Part shown: positions 63,625 through 64,000 of the stretch, in pieces
Position numbering within the stretch: the first letter of the stretch is position 1
Layout: the number at the start of each line of letters is the position of its first letter
Assembly (NCBI GenBank): GCA_964016885.1
Contig: OZ024742.1
Span: 118,296,001 to 118,360,000 of the forward strand
Source: Eledone cirrhosa
Taxonomy: Eukaryota
Length of the DNA: 64,000 bases
Reading direction: 5' to 3'
Made by a program: the position numbers and the translations under genes
Notes under the pieces: generated by a model
Told to the model about the DNA's origin: nothing
The model's database searches: none
The model's input: the letters and a program-made list of their open reading frames with translations, nothing else

Positions 63625-64000
63625 CTGAAATATATAAAATTTATCAAATGTTTGGTCAAATGACATAATAAACATACTAAAATATTTAAGGCTTCCTATA
63701 TTAATAACAGAACTATACGTCCATAAATAGAATTGTTTCGGTGTACTAGAATAATCAGGCATTTCCATATAATATGTTGATGTATCTCATCAACTTAACT
63801 CTTTCAATTAACTGTAGCCTGTCATCCTTTCAATTGTAATAACGATTTTAAATATAAATGTAGACAATAATATGGGCCTATAAAGCCAATCATGCATATA
63901 TCTATGTGTGTGTTTGTGTGGTGCGTGTGTGTGTGCGTGTGTGCGCGTGTGTGTGTGTGCGTGTGTGTGTGTGTGAATGTGTGTGTGTGGGTGTGGGTGT

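Overview
AT-rich, repeat-dominated animal genomic DNA. The SINE families, repeat style and long (TA)n/(CA)n/(GA)n tracts suggest an octopus or other coleoid cephalopod, but this is inference only. No complete host gene is visible. The window holds two large Tx1-clade non-LTR retrotransposons (1-5211 and 36430-42200), plus a truncated and an old degenerate Tx1. It also holds a near-intact Naiad-type Penelope-like element (PLE) with inverted pLTRs (30795-35018) and a second PLE RT fragment. Smaller remnants include RTE, CRE-like and Ingi/RTEX-like LINE fragments; hAT, mariner, Tc2-like, piggyBac-like and Helitron pieces; about 16 copies of one tRNA-derived SINE; and a 1.7-kb satellite. The most unusual signal is a dense set of hammerhead-ribozyme (HHR) motifs, mostly nested in (TA)n tracts. 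They occur as intact minimal type I HHRs, as palindromes carrying an HHR on each arm, as palindromes made of two HHR 3' halves lacking the CUGANGA box, and as a direct-repeat element with permuted HHR boxes. Two other signals stand out: a conserved AG|GTAAGT motif in the ORF1-ORF2 spacer of two divergent Tx1 elements, and two phase-compatible candidate exons near the right end whose 5' splice site lies inside a ~30-bp hairpin. All structures were assigned by eye; no folding, alignment or database search was run.
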